Below, in pieces: positions 49,330 through 62,939 of a stretch of DNA of 64,000 bases; position 1 is the stretch's first letter, and the number at the start of each line of letters is the position of its first letter. Under the pieces are notes generated by a model. It was not told where the DNA came from. It made no database searches and saw only the letters and a program-made list of their open reading frames with translations. This stretch comes from Lama glama (taxonomy: Eukaryota): positions 18,228,001-18,292,000 of the forward strand of contig CM052833.1 in the NCBI GenBank assembly GCA_028534125.1. Direction: 5' to 3'. The position numbers and the translations under genes are program-made.

Positions 49330-52300
49330 AGGTGCAGACAGGAGTACACGTCTGATTTTGTGTGATTTAGCCGGCATGAGTTCTGCAAATTGGGCATGAA
49401 TGGACAGGGATTCGGTCTGAGAACTGCCCTCTGACCACTTGTGCAATCCCGTTTGTGGATCTAGGACAGCCCGAAGGCAGCTGAAGAGGAAAAGCCTCGA
49501 AGGAGAATGGGGACTGCTGCCAAACACAGGCATTGGCCCTCTGTGGGTGCCTGGAGAGCCCTAGCCCCTGGAAGGGATGGATCCTGCGGTCCACGCTGGA
49601 CCCCAAGCCCCTGCCTTCCCTCAGCTCACTGCCCTGCTGGGTGGCTGGGAGACAAAGCTTAGTATCGTGAATGACCTGGTTTCTTCTCAAAGTTTCAAAA
49701 ACATCCTCTTGATGTGGCCACTGTTACTCACGTGGAAACTTGACGAATGGATTTTGGAGATGCTCTTTTTCAGACAGGCTTGGATGAGACAAGCTTTGAA
49801 ATTTGGACTCAAATCAGAGGGAAGACTCTGGATAATTGCCCTTAAATTACCTGGGGCTTTTGGGATGCTGAAGAGAGAAAATATTCCATAGACGTACCCT
49901 GAGAAATCATTTCCATCTGAGATGGTTTGGACCAGCTTTCCAATAAAGGGATGATGTGTCTATTTCCAGTTGTGCGTTCCCTGAAAATGGACGTAGCCAT
50001 TGCAGAATTTCGTAATTTCCTTCAGGTTATTAGTTTTAAGCCTGGTCCCTGCTCTTTTCCAGGCATTTCTGGAACCATGAGAAATACACAGGGCCATTCA
50101 GAGTTTATGGACAGGAAGGCACCCCACATGTTTGGGCTGGTACACAGAGGCTCCAGCAAGGTGTTGGTGCCTGAGTGTGCCACCTCTAAGTGTCTTTAAA
50201 GCCTTGATAACAAATGTTGAGTCCCAGAAGTGGTGGAACTTCGCTCCATTGTCTCGTCTCTGCCTGCTTGGCCCTGCTGGGCCATCAGCTCTTCCCTGTT
50301 CTCAGTAGTGGTGTCCTGTCTGAGTCACTCTCCACCAGAGATGCATGCCCTGCACACAGAGCTCCGGTCTGTGGGTTGCACCTCGTCTCCTGTGTTTGCA
50401 GCTGCCGTTCTCTACTGGTTTTTACTGTGTCCTCCCTGGGTCCCCTAAGACTGTCAGCCCCTTGTCCTCTACACACTGTCCTGTCTGGTCCCGGTCCTCA
50501 GATGCTCTGGTGCCTGGTGCAGCGTGAGGACCATGAGCTGCCAGCCTGCTTCCTGTTCTTCAACCTCTCCCTGCCCTAGTGCCCGTTCTCTCAAGCTCCA
50601 GTCTGCTCTCCAGGAGCCGCTGCTGTCCGTCCAGCCCCGCTTCCTTTCACTCCGAGACTTCCTCCTCCATCACGTGCCCAAGTCTGGCCAATGTGGGCGA
50701 AGTGAGGCCTCGACTCTCATAACTTTCCATAGTATTCCCTGCTCTCTCCTTCCTTCTTTGTCAACCAGACACAGAGGACCCAGGGAAGCCTTTGGAGGTA
50801 CAGATGGAAGGAGGGATGGTCCCAAGTTCCTGGATGACTCTGGGATTCAAAGCTCCCCAAACCATCCATGCCTCCTCTGCTGACCTATGGGGGCAAAGTA
50901 GGAACTTTTGTCAGCTTGGCCCTGAGAATAGTGGTCATTTGTTAACAATAATTAGTCCTCCTTGACTCATGCTTGTCACCCCCCTGAGTCCCTTGAAGCC
51001 ACAGTAGCCCTTCTCACCCACAGGCCCTAGGCTAGCCTCCCTGGAGTCCCAGACATGGTGGGTGTCCTGTCCTCTGCGGGCTCATCCCCTTGGTAGCTTG
51101 GGCTCTGTTTCATCAGTGCAGAGGCGACATCTCTCCCTCCCCAACCTTTTTAAAAAAAGAACTGTCCCCAGTCCAGAGCTTGCCTCCTGTGCTCCCAACA
51201 TCTGCTGGGGCTGCAGTCACCTGTGTGTCTCTCCCGCTGCAGAGTGTCTGGGGTCCCAGGTGCCCTGCCACCTGCTGGCCTCTTCGGAACCCTGACATCA
51301 GCGGCCGTGGCTGAGCTGAGCTCCCCAAGTCCAGCCTTTCTCTGCCCTAGCAGCCCCAGCATGTCACTGATTGACCCGCATCCTGTAACACCTGCCTTCC
51401 ATAGCAGCAGGGACATGTGCATCAGTTCTCGATCAATAACTCCCCCTTGTAGGGGGCATCTGGACTCTAGTGGGCAAGGGGAGACTTCTCTGGAAGGGCT
51501 GAGTCTCTCTGCGGGAAGGTTTGGCACCTGTGTGGACGTGTCTGAGATGCTCCCTCCTGACCCTCTTCCTCAGTCTGCTGTGAACAGCTGCTTTGATGAC
51601 ACCCCAGGTTCATTACAACTCTGTCTTTTAAAGTGTTTCCCTTGCGTCCTTAATTCAGTTATTTTTACTAACCTTGCTGTGTGGTAGGTGTTGTGAGTAT
51701 GGGGAGCTCGCCACCCCATAGGACCACGGACCCTGGTGTCTGGGGACAGTAGGAAATTTGGTGCTAAAAATATCAACCAAATACTGTTTGAAAAAGCATA
51801 CTTAGGTGTTAGGGGCGCGTTCTGATGTTTTGGCTGGATTCCTTTTGAGGACTCTCCTGTTGTTCCTCCTGGATCGCGGAGACTGCTTGGTCTCTTTGAT
51901 CTGTCCCTGCTTATCAGTGCAGAGCTTTCCTGGGCATCACTGGGAAAATGGTTTGTGAAACAAGCTTCCCCAGTGAGCTCCCGGGGCTGGGACCTGGTGG
52001 CCTGCTTTTGATCTGTCACCTGTCCTCCAACGTGCCCAGCTCCACTCACATCTGCTGCGTGAGCAGCAGGCGGACACCTGCTTCCCAGGCAGAACCCCCG
52101 CTGGCTGTGGCGGCTGGGTACAGGACTGGACGCACACGGCGGAACACGCCCGCGGTAACCGTAACAGTCATTAATAGTCAGCGTGATAATCGTCTAGCTG
52201 CAGTGGCAACGCACTTGAAAGAATATCTTTTGGGCGTATTTTCCTCAGTGTCCCAGATGTGACAGGAGCATTGGGCTTTTGAAGATGTAAGGGAAACCCC

Positions 52301-55300
52301 AGAAGGACCCTTCTGGGACCCAGGTTGAAGGCGCTCATGCTGGTTACTAACCTTGGTTTCTAAACGTGGCACCAGTGGACTTCCTGGACATTTTTTGTCT
52401 GATGTGTTGGAAAAGTGTAACCATGGGCGATGTAACAGTGGGGACAAATCAGGATGGGGGACACCTGACCTCTGCTGACTCTGCAAAGGGCTATCAGCTG
52501 GGGACCCCAGATAAGGGGGGCTCAGAGAACATTCTGGGAGGGGCCTGAGGGGCGGAGGGTGGAGGCAGGGCTGGGACCAGAGGCACATTGTCCTGGTAAC
52601 CCTGGTGACTCTGGGGAGAATGAACAGCTGGGAGCTGCTGCTGTGTGGGAGACAGGTCGTCCCCAGACCAGCCTCTCTGAGCATCACTTGGCCTTTCAAG
52701 GTTTGATTATTTCACAAGGGTTGGAACCTCCCGTTGACACTGAGAGGACTTGGACAGCGGGGGACGTCCTGACGGGCGAGACTCAGCTGCCATAATGGCC
52801 CTGGAAACGCCTGGCCCTCCAGTGCCCCGACCCTCCCTCGGAGCCTGACACCGTCCGTGTCTGTTGGGTCTCATGCCCAGAACCGACATTGCTTCGGTCT
52901 CAGGCCCACGCTCTGAATATCACTGCTGGTTACTAGGGGAGACAGCATTCTGCAACAGGAAAACATGAGTTAGTCAGCCTTTTTATTTGGACTGAGTTAC
53001 GCCTTATTCCCAAATTGTCTTTACATGTATTTTCGTATCTAGTTCTGGCAGAAAGTTCTGAAGAACAACTTGCCCCGCTGCCGACCTGCCATCTTCTCAA
53101 ACAGAGGTGTGAAGCATTTCATTAGTGTGCACGCGGGTCTGGGGGCCCGTGAGGGGCGTGCGGGAGCCGCAGAGCCCGTCTGCACGGGCCCGCGTGTCTG
53201 CGCCGGGCAGCTCCGAGAGGGCTGTGCAAGGCCCACACTCGGTGTGCTGGGAGATAGGGCGCTTTTACCTTCTTTGGGAACATACTTGGCATTTCAAAAA
53301 GTGCCTGTGCCACTTCTCGTTAGCAACAGAGCCACTGCCACAGATTTGTGGGTTTCTGATAAAGGCCCTTAGCATCCATTCCTCTCGTACTAATCTCAAC
53401 CACAGCACGTGAGCGCACCGACCCTCACCAGCAGTCACAGCAGACGTACGGGGAGAGAGATTAGGCTCCGAGCACGTCCGTCTGCAGGTCACTGTGGCCT
53501 CAGGGACCACTGAGGGGCGGGGACAGAGTACTCACAGGGCGCTGGCTGTGGACTGGGTCACCTGGGAAACACACAGCAGCAACAGCAACAAAACACCCAA
53601 CAAAACCCTGATGGCTGGGTGCCGCCCACCAGAGACTATCATGTAATAACTAACAAGTAATTGTGACAATAGTTCATTGGTTCGGGGTGGGTCCCCTGAA
53701 TGGAAAAATATAAACACTTTCCATATAGTTGCAATACACTGCCAAGGTAGAAACCCCATTCTTAATTCTCCTGTGTCCTTGTCCGACCAAGTGAAGTACA
53801 GGTTTGATGTGTTAGAGTTAATGGCCTCAGCCAGGATTCAAGGGTAAATTTTGGGCAAACAAGGGATCAAAACTTAAGGTCTGATTTGCTGTCACTATTC
53901 TGGGGCCACCAACCAGCCCTCTTTGCCTGGACTGAGGGGTTTCTGGGAAGTGAGCTTTGTTTTTAAAACCAGGACTCCTTGGACAAGAATGATAACCTTG
54001 CATCCAGCCACGGGCAAGATTGGTTTTGAGCTGTCCCCCCTCACATGTGCCATGTGTCATGGTTCAAGGACCTTATTCCACACTGACTGACTGGACCCTT
54101 GCTCCCACCCACATGGATCCACAGCGCACCAGCACCGCATTCATTTTCCAGAGGAGGATGCTGCCATTAAGTGACCCCCCCGAGATGGACAGACGGCAGA
54201 TATCCTAAGCCAGGTCTCTTGATTTATTCTGAGTTTTCTTGCTACTAGACCACAACCCCTTGGGCTGTGAGACTGAAGACCACTAGCAGGCTGGTCTTTT
54301 AAGTCATGAAAGCATTAAATGTCAGATTCATGCTATCCTAAAAGTGAAAACCCCACCAGCTTCCTGTTAACCTGTAACTGGAGTCCTGTACGACACAGTG
54401 GGAGCTGTTCAAGGTGAAGGAACACCTGGCAGATGGGGGCGTCCTTGTGGGACGAGACTGGGAGGGCACCTGTTCCAGAGGAAGCTCCTCAGCAGGGACT
54501 CAGCCCCGCTCACCTGCTCTTCTCCCTCTGGAGTGTGCCCTTCACGAGGACACAGCTGGCACAGTTAGGGTTTTATTCTCAGAGCACAGAGTGCAGGTGA
54601 CACGTAGGAGACCAGCGTCTCCCAGTGGCTCTCTCTGCCAAGACCACGTCTAACAGGGTCTGTAGAGGGGCCCTGGTGAGAGGTATTAGAAATGGTCTTT
54701 CCTTTCCGTGGTCCTACTGGGGCACAAGCTGCAGGTCCCTCTAGAACTTTCCTTCTGTCCTGGACAGTCTGGTGAGAGTGGCAAGGTCACAAGGTTATTT
54801 ACAGAAGATGCTCTTGGGAGAAAGCCCTTCAGTTGTAGGTGCTGCCTCATTTCCCTGAACACCTGTGGTACCTCGATGGGGTCCTTAACCCGGCGTGCTG
54901 CGAGGCTCTCTGTCCATCATTCAGTACAGCCTGCTGTCCACCCAGCACAGGAGGCGATGCCCAGTCCAGCAGGGCTGGCCTGCGTGCTTCCCCTCATCTT
55001 TTTTCTGCCTCACACTCTTTGCAGCTCTCCTGGTCCCCTCAAGAAGTATTTTCCTCAAACACTTAGGTGACCGAAGACTTTAGGATCAGAACTTCCTACC
55101 AGCACACTGGAGGGTGGATGAAATGGTACACTTCTTTTCATGCAATAGGTGTGTTTTTGGAAATGGGTTTGTGGGTAAAACTTTAAAAATGTGGACCATT
55201 TCCCCAGTAACTGAGCTCACCTTGGGCCCCAGTGTCCATCAGGAACATGAGGGAAGCTGGCTATGGAGGAGCCTTGAAGGGATGTGCCCTGGCCCTGGCT

Positions 55301-57584
55301 CACCGTCCAGGGTGGCCGGGAGCGTTGTCACATCATGGGGACCCTGCAGCTGACTCAGACCAGCCTGCGGAAAGGGCTGTAGAGGCCACCGGGGGAAGGA
55401 CCCCAAGGACGTGGACAGTGAGGAGAGTGGGGACGGGCCTGTGTCGTGGGTGCTTGGTCCCAGAGCTCAGCTGGACCCACCCGACTTGGAGGACAGCCCA
55501 AGTGCCTGGGTGACAGGACAGGACCTGGGATGAGGCAGTGCCCAGGAGACGGAGGTCACCCAGCGCCTGCGAACACCGGCACCCGCACTGGTCAGAGTTC
55601 ATGGGAAGCCAGCACCATCGAGGGTCCAGTCCTTGGCCATCATGACCATGAGCTTAGATGAAATTGGGGGAGCTCAGATGGGGGTCACAGAGCTCAGTTG
55701 AAGGTTGAGGTTTTTTTCCCCCTTCTGTGAGTTATTGTTTTCTCCCCAGAGCACTGAAGATGGGGAGACCAGAGTCTGAGACCCTAGAGAAAGAAAGGGT
55801 ATGAGGATGGGGGTGGTTGCTGAAGGGAAAGGAAATAGAGTCACAGCGAATCTGGAGGTGATGGAGGAGGGAGAATACACCCGGGGGTGTAGACAGCCCT
55901 GTGGTTCACGGAATCCTAACACGAGGGCCTGACTGCTCTGCCAGGTCACCTGCTATACAGTGTGGGCTCTTGTCTTATCCTCTGACAGAGCCAGGCTTCG
56001 GGAAGCTGTTGATGCCTCAGCCTCTGGGGGACAACAGTGCCCAGTGTCCACGTGTCCTAAGTGCCTGCTTGGCTTAGCAACTAGCGGCACCAGGCTTGGG
56101 GGTCACCCAGCAGTTCCGCGTTTCCATTAACGCTCAGCTCAGTGGCGCAAGGGAATTGACGGTTCTTCTAATGGAGAGACTTTCTTCTTCTCCCCTTCAG
56201 GGTACTGGGCAGCCGAGAGCCCAGCACGTGCAGCCTAGGGACAGCTCGATTGGAAAGGGATGCTGGTCACTTGGAAAAAGCGTGATTTGGCTAAAACACA
56301 TGGGCACGTAGAAGTATTAGTGTCCAAAGGGAGCAGGTGGGAGCCATTAGAGGGAAGAGAGGTGTGGGGTGAAAGGGGGGGTCCAAGGGCAGAAAAAGGG
56401 CAGCTAGGTCACCAGCCAAGATCCCCTCCATCACGGTTGTCCCCGTACTCACCCTGAGAAGACTGTCCTGGAATCCTCAGACACACCGTGGGCTGGTGAC
56501 GTGCCCACCCGCATTCGGCCCGTGGTGGTTCTCCTGCAGTCCAGCTCCGGCCTGGTCTATAGTGAGTTTCTCCGCTGATGGACCGTGATCGGGGCATCCA
56601 TGTGCCCGGTGCACCCCCAGGGCCTCCGCCTCTCCTGGCGTAGTTGAAGGTCAGCCAGAAAAGCCCGTCTTCATCCCAAGTAGGTTGTTTCTACACATAG
56701 CTGTCACTCCCCAGATTTGAATAATCAGCTTAATGGAACTGGGAAGCTGCAGATAAACTGAATTTCTGAAGTAATGGAATTTTGGCTCCTAAAGCTTTCA
56801 TTGTATGCGTATCAGTTTCTATTCCGTGATGCCAAATAGATTATCTTCAAAATTGGCACAGTGTTTTCTTTCTTTCCTCTTTTTTTTTTTCAATTTGCTA
56901 TACCATTAAGCATATTTCCATGAGATTGCTTTTACACATGCTTGGATTTTTAAAAGTTGCTTCTTCCTGTATTACCAGAAAATGGAAAGATTTTAGGGTA
57001 GTTCAGTGTAACCAGTGTTTGGATTTTCTCGGGCGTTGTAACGTTCCAGCCTCATAATTTCTGTGGACTCCAAGGAGAGGGAAGGGTGAGGAGCTGCTTG
57101 GGGAGCTTGGTGTGAGAAAATGAGGAGATTCTTTACAGTGGGAGGCAGTGAAGAGACCAGCTAGGTTATTTTGTCCACAGTGAGAGGGACCACTCCCAGG
57201 CATTTGTGGACTTTAGTCTGGTTCCATCCTAAATGACTCATCTAATGAGCTTTCCATAACCTGCCTTTGGAAGTGTCCGCAAACCTACAGGCTTTCCTGA
57301 TTAGGAAACTCTTATTCTGATGAATTTTCCTGTGGGTCTGTGTCCTTAGCTGATGATCCCTGTTCATTCTGCCACAGTGCTTTTATCTCCCCAATATGAC
57401 ATTGGAAAACTTTTGATTGTGTCTCTCTGTCATGACTTTCTAACTGTTCTCAGGCTCACCTCAAGACTCCTTCGACATGCTAATGGCTTCCCCCTCCCCG
57501 AAGGCTCGGGGCCTGTTTCAGAATTTAAGGTGATGGTGGCGAAGTTCATGGCCCAGTGTTAACGCCTGAACGTGAATGAGAATT

Positions 57585-57725
57585 AGGTCAGTATAGTGTA
57601 TCCCAGGGATGAAGGGTGTAGGGCCTGGAGTGTCTGTGGTCAGTGTGCAGTCTCTCTCGAGCCTTGTGACCTTGAGCAGCTGCATGAGCTTCCCAGCCTC
57701 CGCCTCACTGTGAGATAGAGACAGC
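57585..57725 (+). mobile_element. MIR fragment
   Basis: gccttgtgaccttgagcagctgcatgagcttcccagcctc. Confidence 0.5.
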
Positions 57726-59376
57726 TGTGAGTGGAGGGCCAGCGCGGATATGACTGCAGGAGCGAGCCCTGGATGTTTGGGGTCTTGAGTGTGATGTGAG
57801 GTAGAGTTCCTCAGAGTCTGGGGTGTCGGCAAGCTTGCTTGCCATCCTCAGGGCTGCGCCATCTCCGAGGGGCGTGGTCTGCCTCTCCTGGTTGTCGATA
57901 CCCGGGTGCCCCGAGCGGGGCTGGCACCTCTGCTAAGAGCCAGCAGCTCTCCCCGCATCATCTCATCATCCCTCTCCTCCGTGGCATCCAGGTGAGCAGG
58001 TGCACGGTCTCTGCTGGGCCACCCTGGAGGGCGGGGCTGCGCAGTGTTTTCAAGATGCCCCCCTCAGTGTGTGAGGACTAGATCGTTTCCTCGCTTCCAC
58101 TCTGGGGTCTTGGCCCTGCTGGGGGTGGGAGAGCTGGCCTTCTGTCCTCTCTCACTGTTACCTTCTGCTTTCAGGCACCACACCCGCAGCCCCAGCCTCA
58201 GTGCGGTGTGGGTCCCATCATCAAAGCCTCACACTGACTGCTGTCATGCGCCTGGGCTGTAGGGTGCCAGCGCCCCTCTGCAGGGGGTATGCGGGGTCCG
58301 GGGGCACTGAGTGAGCCCACACCGCAGCTCCAACCCCTGTCTTCACATCAGTGGAAGCCTCTACCCTGTATGGGTTCGGGAAGGGCAGGCTCCCCTAGGC
58401 TCCAGCAGTTACGAGCTCTCTGGCGGAGGCTCCTGGGCTCCCCACCGGCTCCCCACCGCCCTCCACAGGTCTGTATTTGCAGAACGGTCCCTCCTCTGGG
58501 TCCACCAGCTCCATCACTTTCGTCTTACAGAGGATAACTGTCCTCGCCCTGTGTCGTTTGGGCGCTACTAACAAGAGTGTTGCCCTCCACCTGTTGCCGC
58601 AGATTTTTAGATTTTCCTGGTTGTGATGCAAATCAGCCAGCAAGAAACCCCTGAATCCAGGTGCAGCCTTCACCCCAGCTCTTCCTGGCCCGGCTCCTGG
58701 CTGTGATCCTTGATTACATTCCCGAGCTGCTCCCGATTCGGTCATCACTGAGTAAACTCAGTCTGGCACCATGAGTGAACGGTGTTTGGCTGTGTTTGGC
58801 TAAATCTGCCACTGTTTCCTGTGTAATGTGCCAGCTCTGTGCGGGTCCCATTATGGTCTGTGTTCTTCCCCGTTAACTAATGTTCATTCTTGCGAGAGGA
58901 GTCATGGTAACACCTCAGTCATCTAACCTGGCTAGGGTCCAGCTCCTAATGGAAATATATTAAGAGTATCCCTTTGTATCTGGAAAAGCAAACAAATGTG
59001 GGCTTTCTCGTATTAACCTCTCGAGGGACAGAAATTCACATCTGAAGGAACAAAGCACTCAAAATAGTCTCTAAAATAGAATGAGCTTCTAAGATGTTTC
59101 TCTCTTGGAGAGTCCCCTGTCCATCTGTCACATGGAAGCAGTTCTGTTGATACAGAAATCCCGAATGTGACAAACGGGACCAGGTGAGAGCAGGCTTTCC
59201 CGTGAATGGTGACAGCAGTAGAGCTGGTGGAGCCAGAGGGAGTGAACCTTCTTCCGCAAATCCCACCCTGTCCCAGCGGGGCCGGGGCTGAGGAGGAGGG
59301 CAGAGGGTCCAGGGGAAGGTGGAGGTGGGCCTCCTCCTCCCAGCCCGTCCTTTAGTCAGGACAGGTTAGCTCTCGT

Positions 59377-59379
<3 letters not shown>

Positions 59380-59412
<33 letters not shown>
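59380..59412. repeat. (GT)n microsatellite, about 16 units
   Basis: Directly visible. Confidence 0.97.
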
Positions 59413-59413
<1 letters not shown>

Positions 59414-60039
59414 ACATGTGTCTGCACAGTTTAAAGGAAGTGTGGGGGCCCCACTCAGTTCTGTGAAATAACCAGAACTCTGTAGAGTGCAGAGCCACCA
59501 GGCGAGTGCCCCATGTGAGCCGTGGGCACAGCAGGGCGAGTGCGGGTATATGCCTCCTTCACTTGGAGATGTTAACACGTGATATTTCTCATCCTTTATC
59601 TCAAACAGATGTCGATCCTGTGTACTTGATAAATACAAATCCATTTTTAAATGACCTAATTTGTGGCAGCCTGTTGTCACCATTATTATACCTAATTTGT
59701 CCAATCAGTGTGTCCCAGGGACACAGCCACCCCACGCAGATCATCCAAACTGATCTGTTGTTCAAAGGGGACTTTTGGTCTTGGGAAGGTTGGAAACGCC
59801 TGCCTTCTGTATTCAGCTCACACATCGTTCCCGGAGTAGGTGATTGTCCCACTGAGCAGTCCTCTGTCCAGTTACTTTGTCCCCCAGCATTTGGGGGAAA
59901 GTCAGTGGTTGCATGAGAACAGCCTCTGCTGCAGCCTACAGGGTGGCTATGTTTGGTGAGCAGATATTCCCTGGACTCGGGGCTAAAGCCCCTGACCAGC
60001 CCCCTCATGCCTGACACTGAAGAACGGATCCAAAGTAGA

Positions 60040-60284
60040 CAGCCGCGGCCACCGCCCCTCCTGCCCGCTACCGTCCGGGCCTCCCAAGAGGCGGAAGGGC
60101 GTTGCCAGGGCCCCCGCCTTGTGCACATTTAGACCCGTTTCCTGCCCCTCCCCGCCCCCTCCGCTGGCTGGGAGTCAGCTGGAATGTGGGTGGAAGGTGT
60201 GGACAGAGTTTGTACACACACCGCCGAGGCCCCTTGTTGGAGCATGGAACCTCCCGCAGGTAAATGGAACCTCCCGCAGGTAAA
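60040..60284 (+). promoter_or_regulatory. Candidate internal promoter and short coding first exon (MEPPA-) with a duplicated donor
   Basis: CpG-rich, with a GC box at 60150-60159, ETS-like sites at 60091-60097 and 60138-60144 and a TEAD site TGGAATGT at 60180-60187. Strong-Kozak agcATGg at 60244 is followed by CAG|GTAAAT after 60259. Confidence 0.4.
60244..60283. repeat. Exact 20-bp tandem duplication atggaacctcccgcaggtaa
   Basis: 60244-60263 is identical to 60264-60283. Confidence 0.97.
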
Positions 60285-62939
60285 CAGTTGGCTGATTTCA
60301 CACGTGAACCTGTTCCTGGGCTGCCCTGCAGCGTTTTTACAGGAAGGCAGACTGGTCTTTGCATGTGACTTTCACAGAGTCACACGTTTAGGCTCTGTGG
60401 CCACTTTCCATCCTGGGTTCACATTCACGTGGATGAGATGAAGGGACCCTCCTGCGTCATTTCCTGCTGTGGTCTGCGGTGTCCGTGGGCAGGGTTCCTT
60501 GCTGGACACTTGATAAGACGTGGCTTCTCTGTTGAATCCTCGGGTCTGGGAAGCAGTATTTTGGCAGGAAGCAAAACTGTAGAACGCCTCATCAGTCATT
60601 GTGTTTTTCCAGAAGAAGATGGAAGGGCAAGGTACGGAGAGTAAGGAAAGTCTCTTAAGCACCCACCATGTGAAGAGAATGGAGGCTGAGAGAGCTGGCC
60701 TCAGCAATCCCCAGTTTGCCCCAGGAGCAACTGCTTTCTCTTTTCCCATAAAGCAGAGCACAAAGTAGCAAACTCCAGCCCTGATTCCAGAAACGTTTTT
60801 ACTTCTAATCATTTCTCATGCAGCAGCCTCCTGCTGCAAACTCTGGTTTGTGCGTATTGTAGGCAGGGCTTGCTACTTTGGTTTTTGAGAAAGCAAAACA
60901 TGTCCCATGTAGCATGTGGGCACAGTCTCTGAATGTCTCCCGAAAGATATTTGATCTGTCTGCAAATAGTAGCATCACAAGGATTTGGAGCTTACAAGGC
61001 AATGGACTCTAAAAAGTGATGGAACTGAGGTTCAGAAGAAGGAAGACCACGCTCGTAAGTATTCAGAGTCTTCAGGAAGCTTCAAAGAAAATGACTTGGA
61101 GCCATGGAAAACCGGGATGGCGGGTGATCTCTGAACACAGCCAGGAGGTTGGTGGTTACCCTCCCCAAGTGCTGGAGGAGCTGCAGCTCAGCCAGCTTCC
61201 CCTGTTCGTGACAGAGTGACCTGCAAAGGTGGCCAGGATGGCGCGATGGGTGGTTTTTTTTGTTTTTTTTTTTGTTTTTGTCAGTTGTTTAAACAATGGG
61301 GAAAGGCTCATTTCCTATATTCATGTGTTGTATTTATGCAGAGAGCTCAAGATTCGTCCCAGAGGCCACAAGTGAGATTGGCCCTCATGGGTAGGGAGTT
61401 TGGGTGGAGATGACTTCTGTATATTGGTGATGTTTTCTTGGACCCTGAGCGGGCAAGTAGGCTAAAGCTCACGGGTGGGGAGAATGCACTGTCCACTCGA
61501 AGACCCTCTTAGGTGACTGTGCATCAAGTCCTCATGGGAACCAGCAGTGCCATGGAGGGGCCCTGGGGACACGCGGCTCGCTTACGTCTCCTTCCGGGAA
61601 GCAGCTGCAGGTGTAAACGCACAGTGTGGTCCTTGCTCGGTCAGGGGACAAACAGGAGGCAGTTTTGGTCCATTTAAGCAGCGTGCACTGAACAAATCCA
61701 CCCTAACCTCCGAGGTCTGGAACCTTCTCCAGCCCGGGCGCTGAGTGAGGGGACTAAGGTGTCCCAAGGGGAGGAGGGCCGCATCCTCACACGTCCGGGG
61801 AAAGTCTCCATCCTAGAATGAGGTTGGAGACACATGACCTTTCTTGACCTGTGGTGTCAGGCTCCAGCGAGCTGAAGGAACATGGTCCAGGGGGCCTCGG
61901 GCTGTAGGGGGTGCCTGCACGGCCTTTCCAGGGGAGGAAGCTGGAAGGGGGTGGCATATGGGGCTGTCACATCCAGTCTGCCTCTCTGCAGTGCTGGCCT
62001 CCGCTTTAGGAGTATCCGTCACCGAGTCCTTCTATCAAAGTGTAGTCCTGATACAAATTAGTGGGTTCCCAGCACCGGGATTTAGGCCTTCGGGGCACAG
62101 AAGGGGTGTGTGGAGAAGGGCGGTGTTCCGTGTCTGGGAAGTAAGGCCCAGGGAGCACCAGGACAGGCTCCAGAGGTCCAGCTTCTCGAGTCTGGCTTGG
62201 CCAAGAGCCCCACAGAACGGCCCCCGCAAGGAGGGTGTCAGACCCATGGCGGTGGAAACGGGCCCGCAGGGCATGGTCTTCCTGACCTGGTTCCTCCTCC
62301 ACGTCCCCACACCCTCTGCTCAGTTGGCCCTTCCTGGGGAGACTCAGGATAATGAGGCTGCAAACTACTGACTTCAAAAGAAAAAGTTCCTTTTATCTTC
62401 CCTGGTAAGATTAGGAGGCCAGGCACATTGACTTGTGTCTGAATGCTTTAAACACACTCTTGGGAAAACATAAACAGGATTTATATGAAATGCTTTAATC
62501 CCCCCACAGAGCACTGAACTCTCATGAAGGGGCACCAGCCACTCTAGAGTCGGGTGAGATGATATTTGCTTCTGTCTGTGTCTCACCTGGAACTCGGTAG
62601 TGGCCTACCTTCCATCACGAACATTTCCTGAATGCCTCTTGGACACAGGTGCTGTGCCGGGGAACCAGTGAGCAGAGAGGGTCTGGGGCTGTGAGGAGCT
62701 TGGGGCTCAGGCTTACAAACAAACCTCCTTTTTTAACTTAGTTCATCTGACTTTCTTCTTCCAGTGAGTCTAGCTGATTCTCACAGAGTTCTGACATCTA
62801 CATGTTCCTAGAAATGTAAGTGTGAGTGGAACTTTGGCAGATGGAATCATCAGTCAGGATGAGTGCTGGGATGTGGCCGTGACCGTGAATTGTTCGGAAA
62901 AGAAATGAGCTCTTACCATATGTTTGGTAAATCAGGACT

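Noticed and set aside
27153-60283. Short direct repeats as a CRISPR-like array
   Set aside because: They are head-to-tail duplications with no spacers and no cas genes, in eukaryotic DNA.
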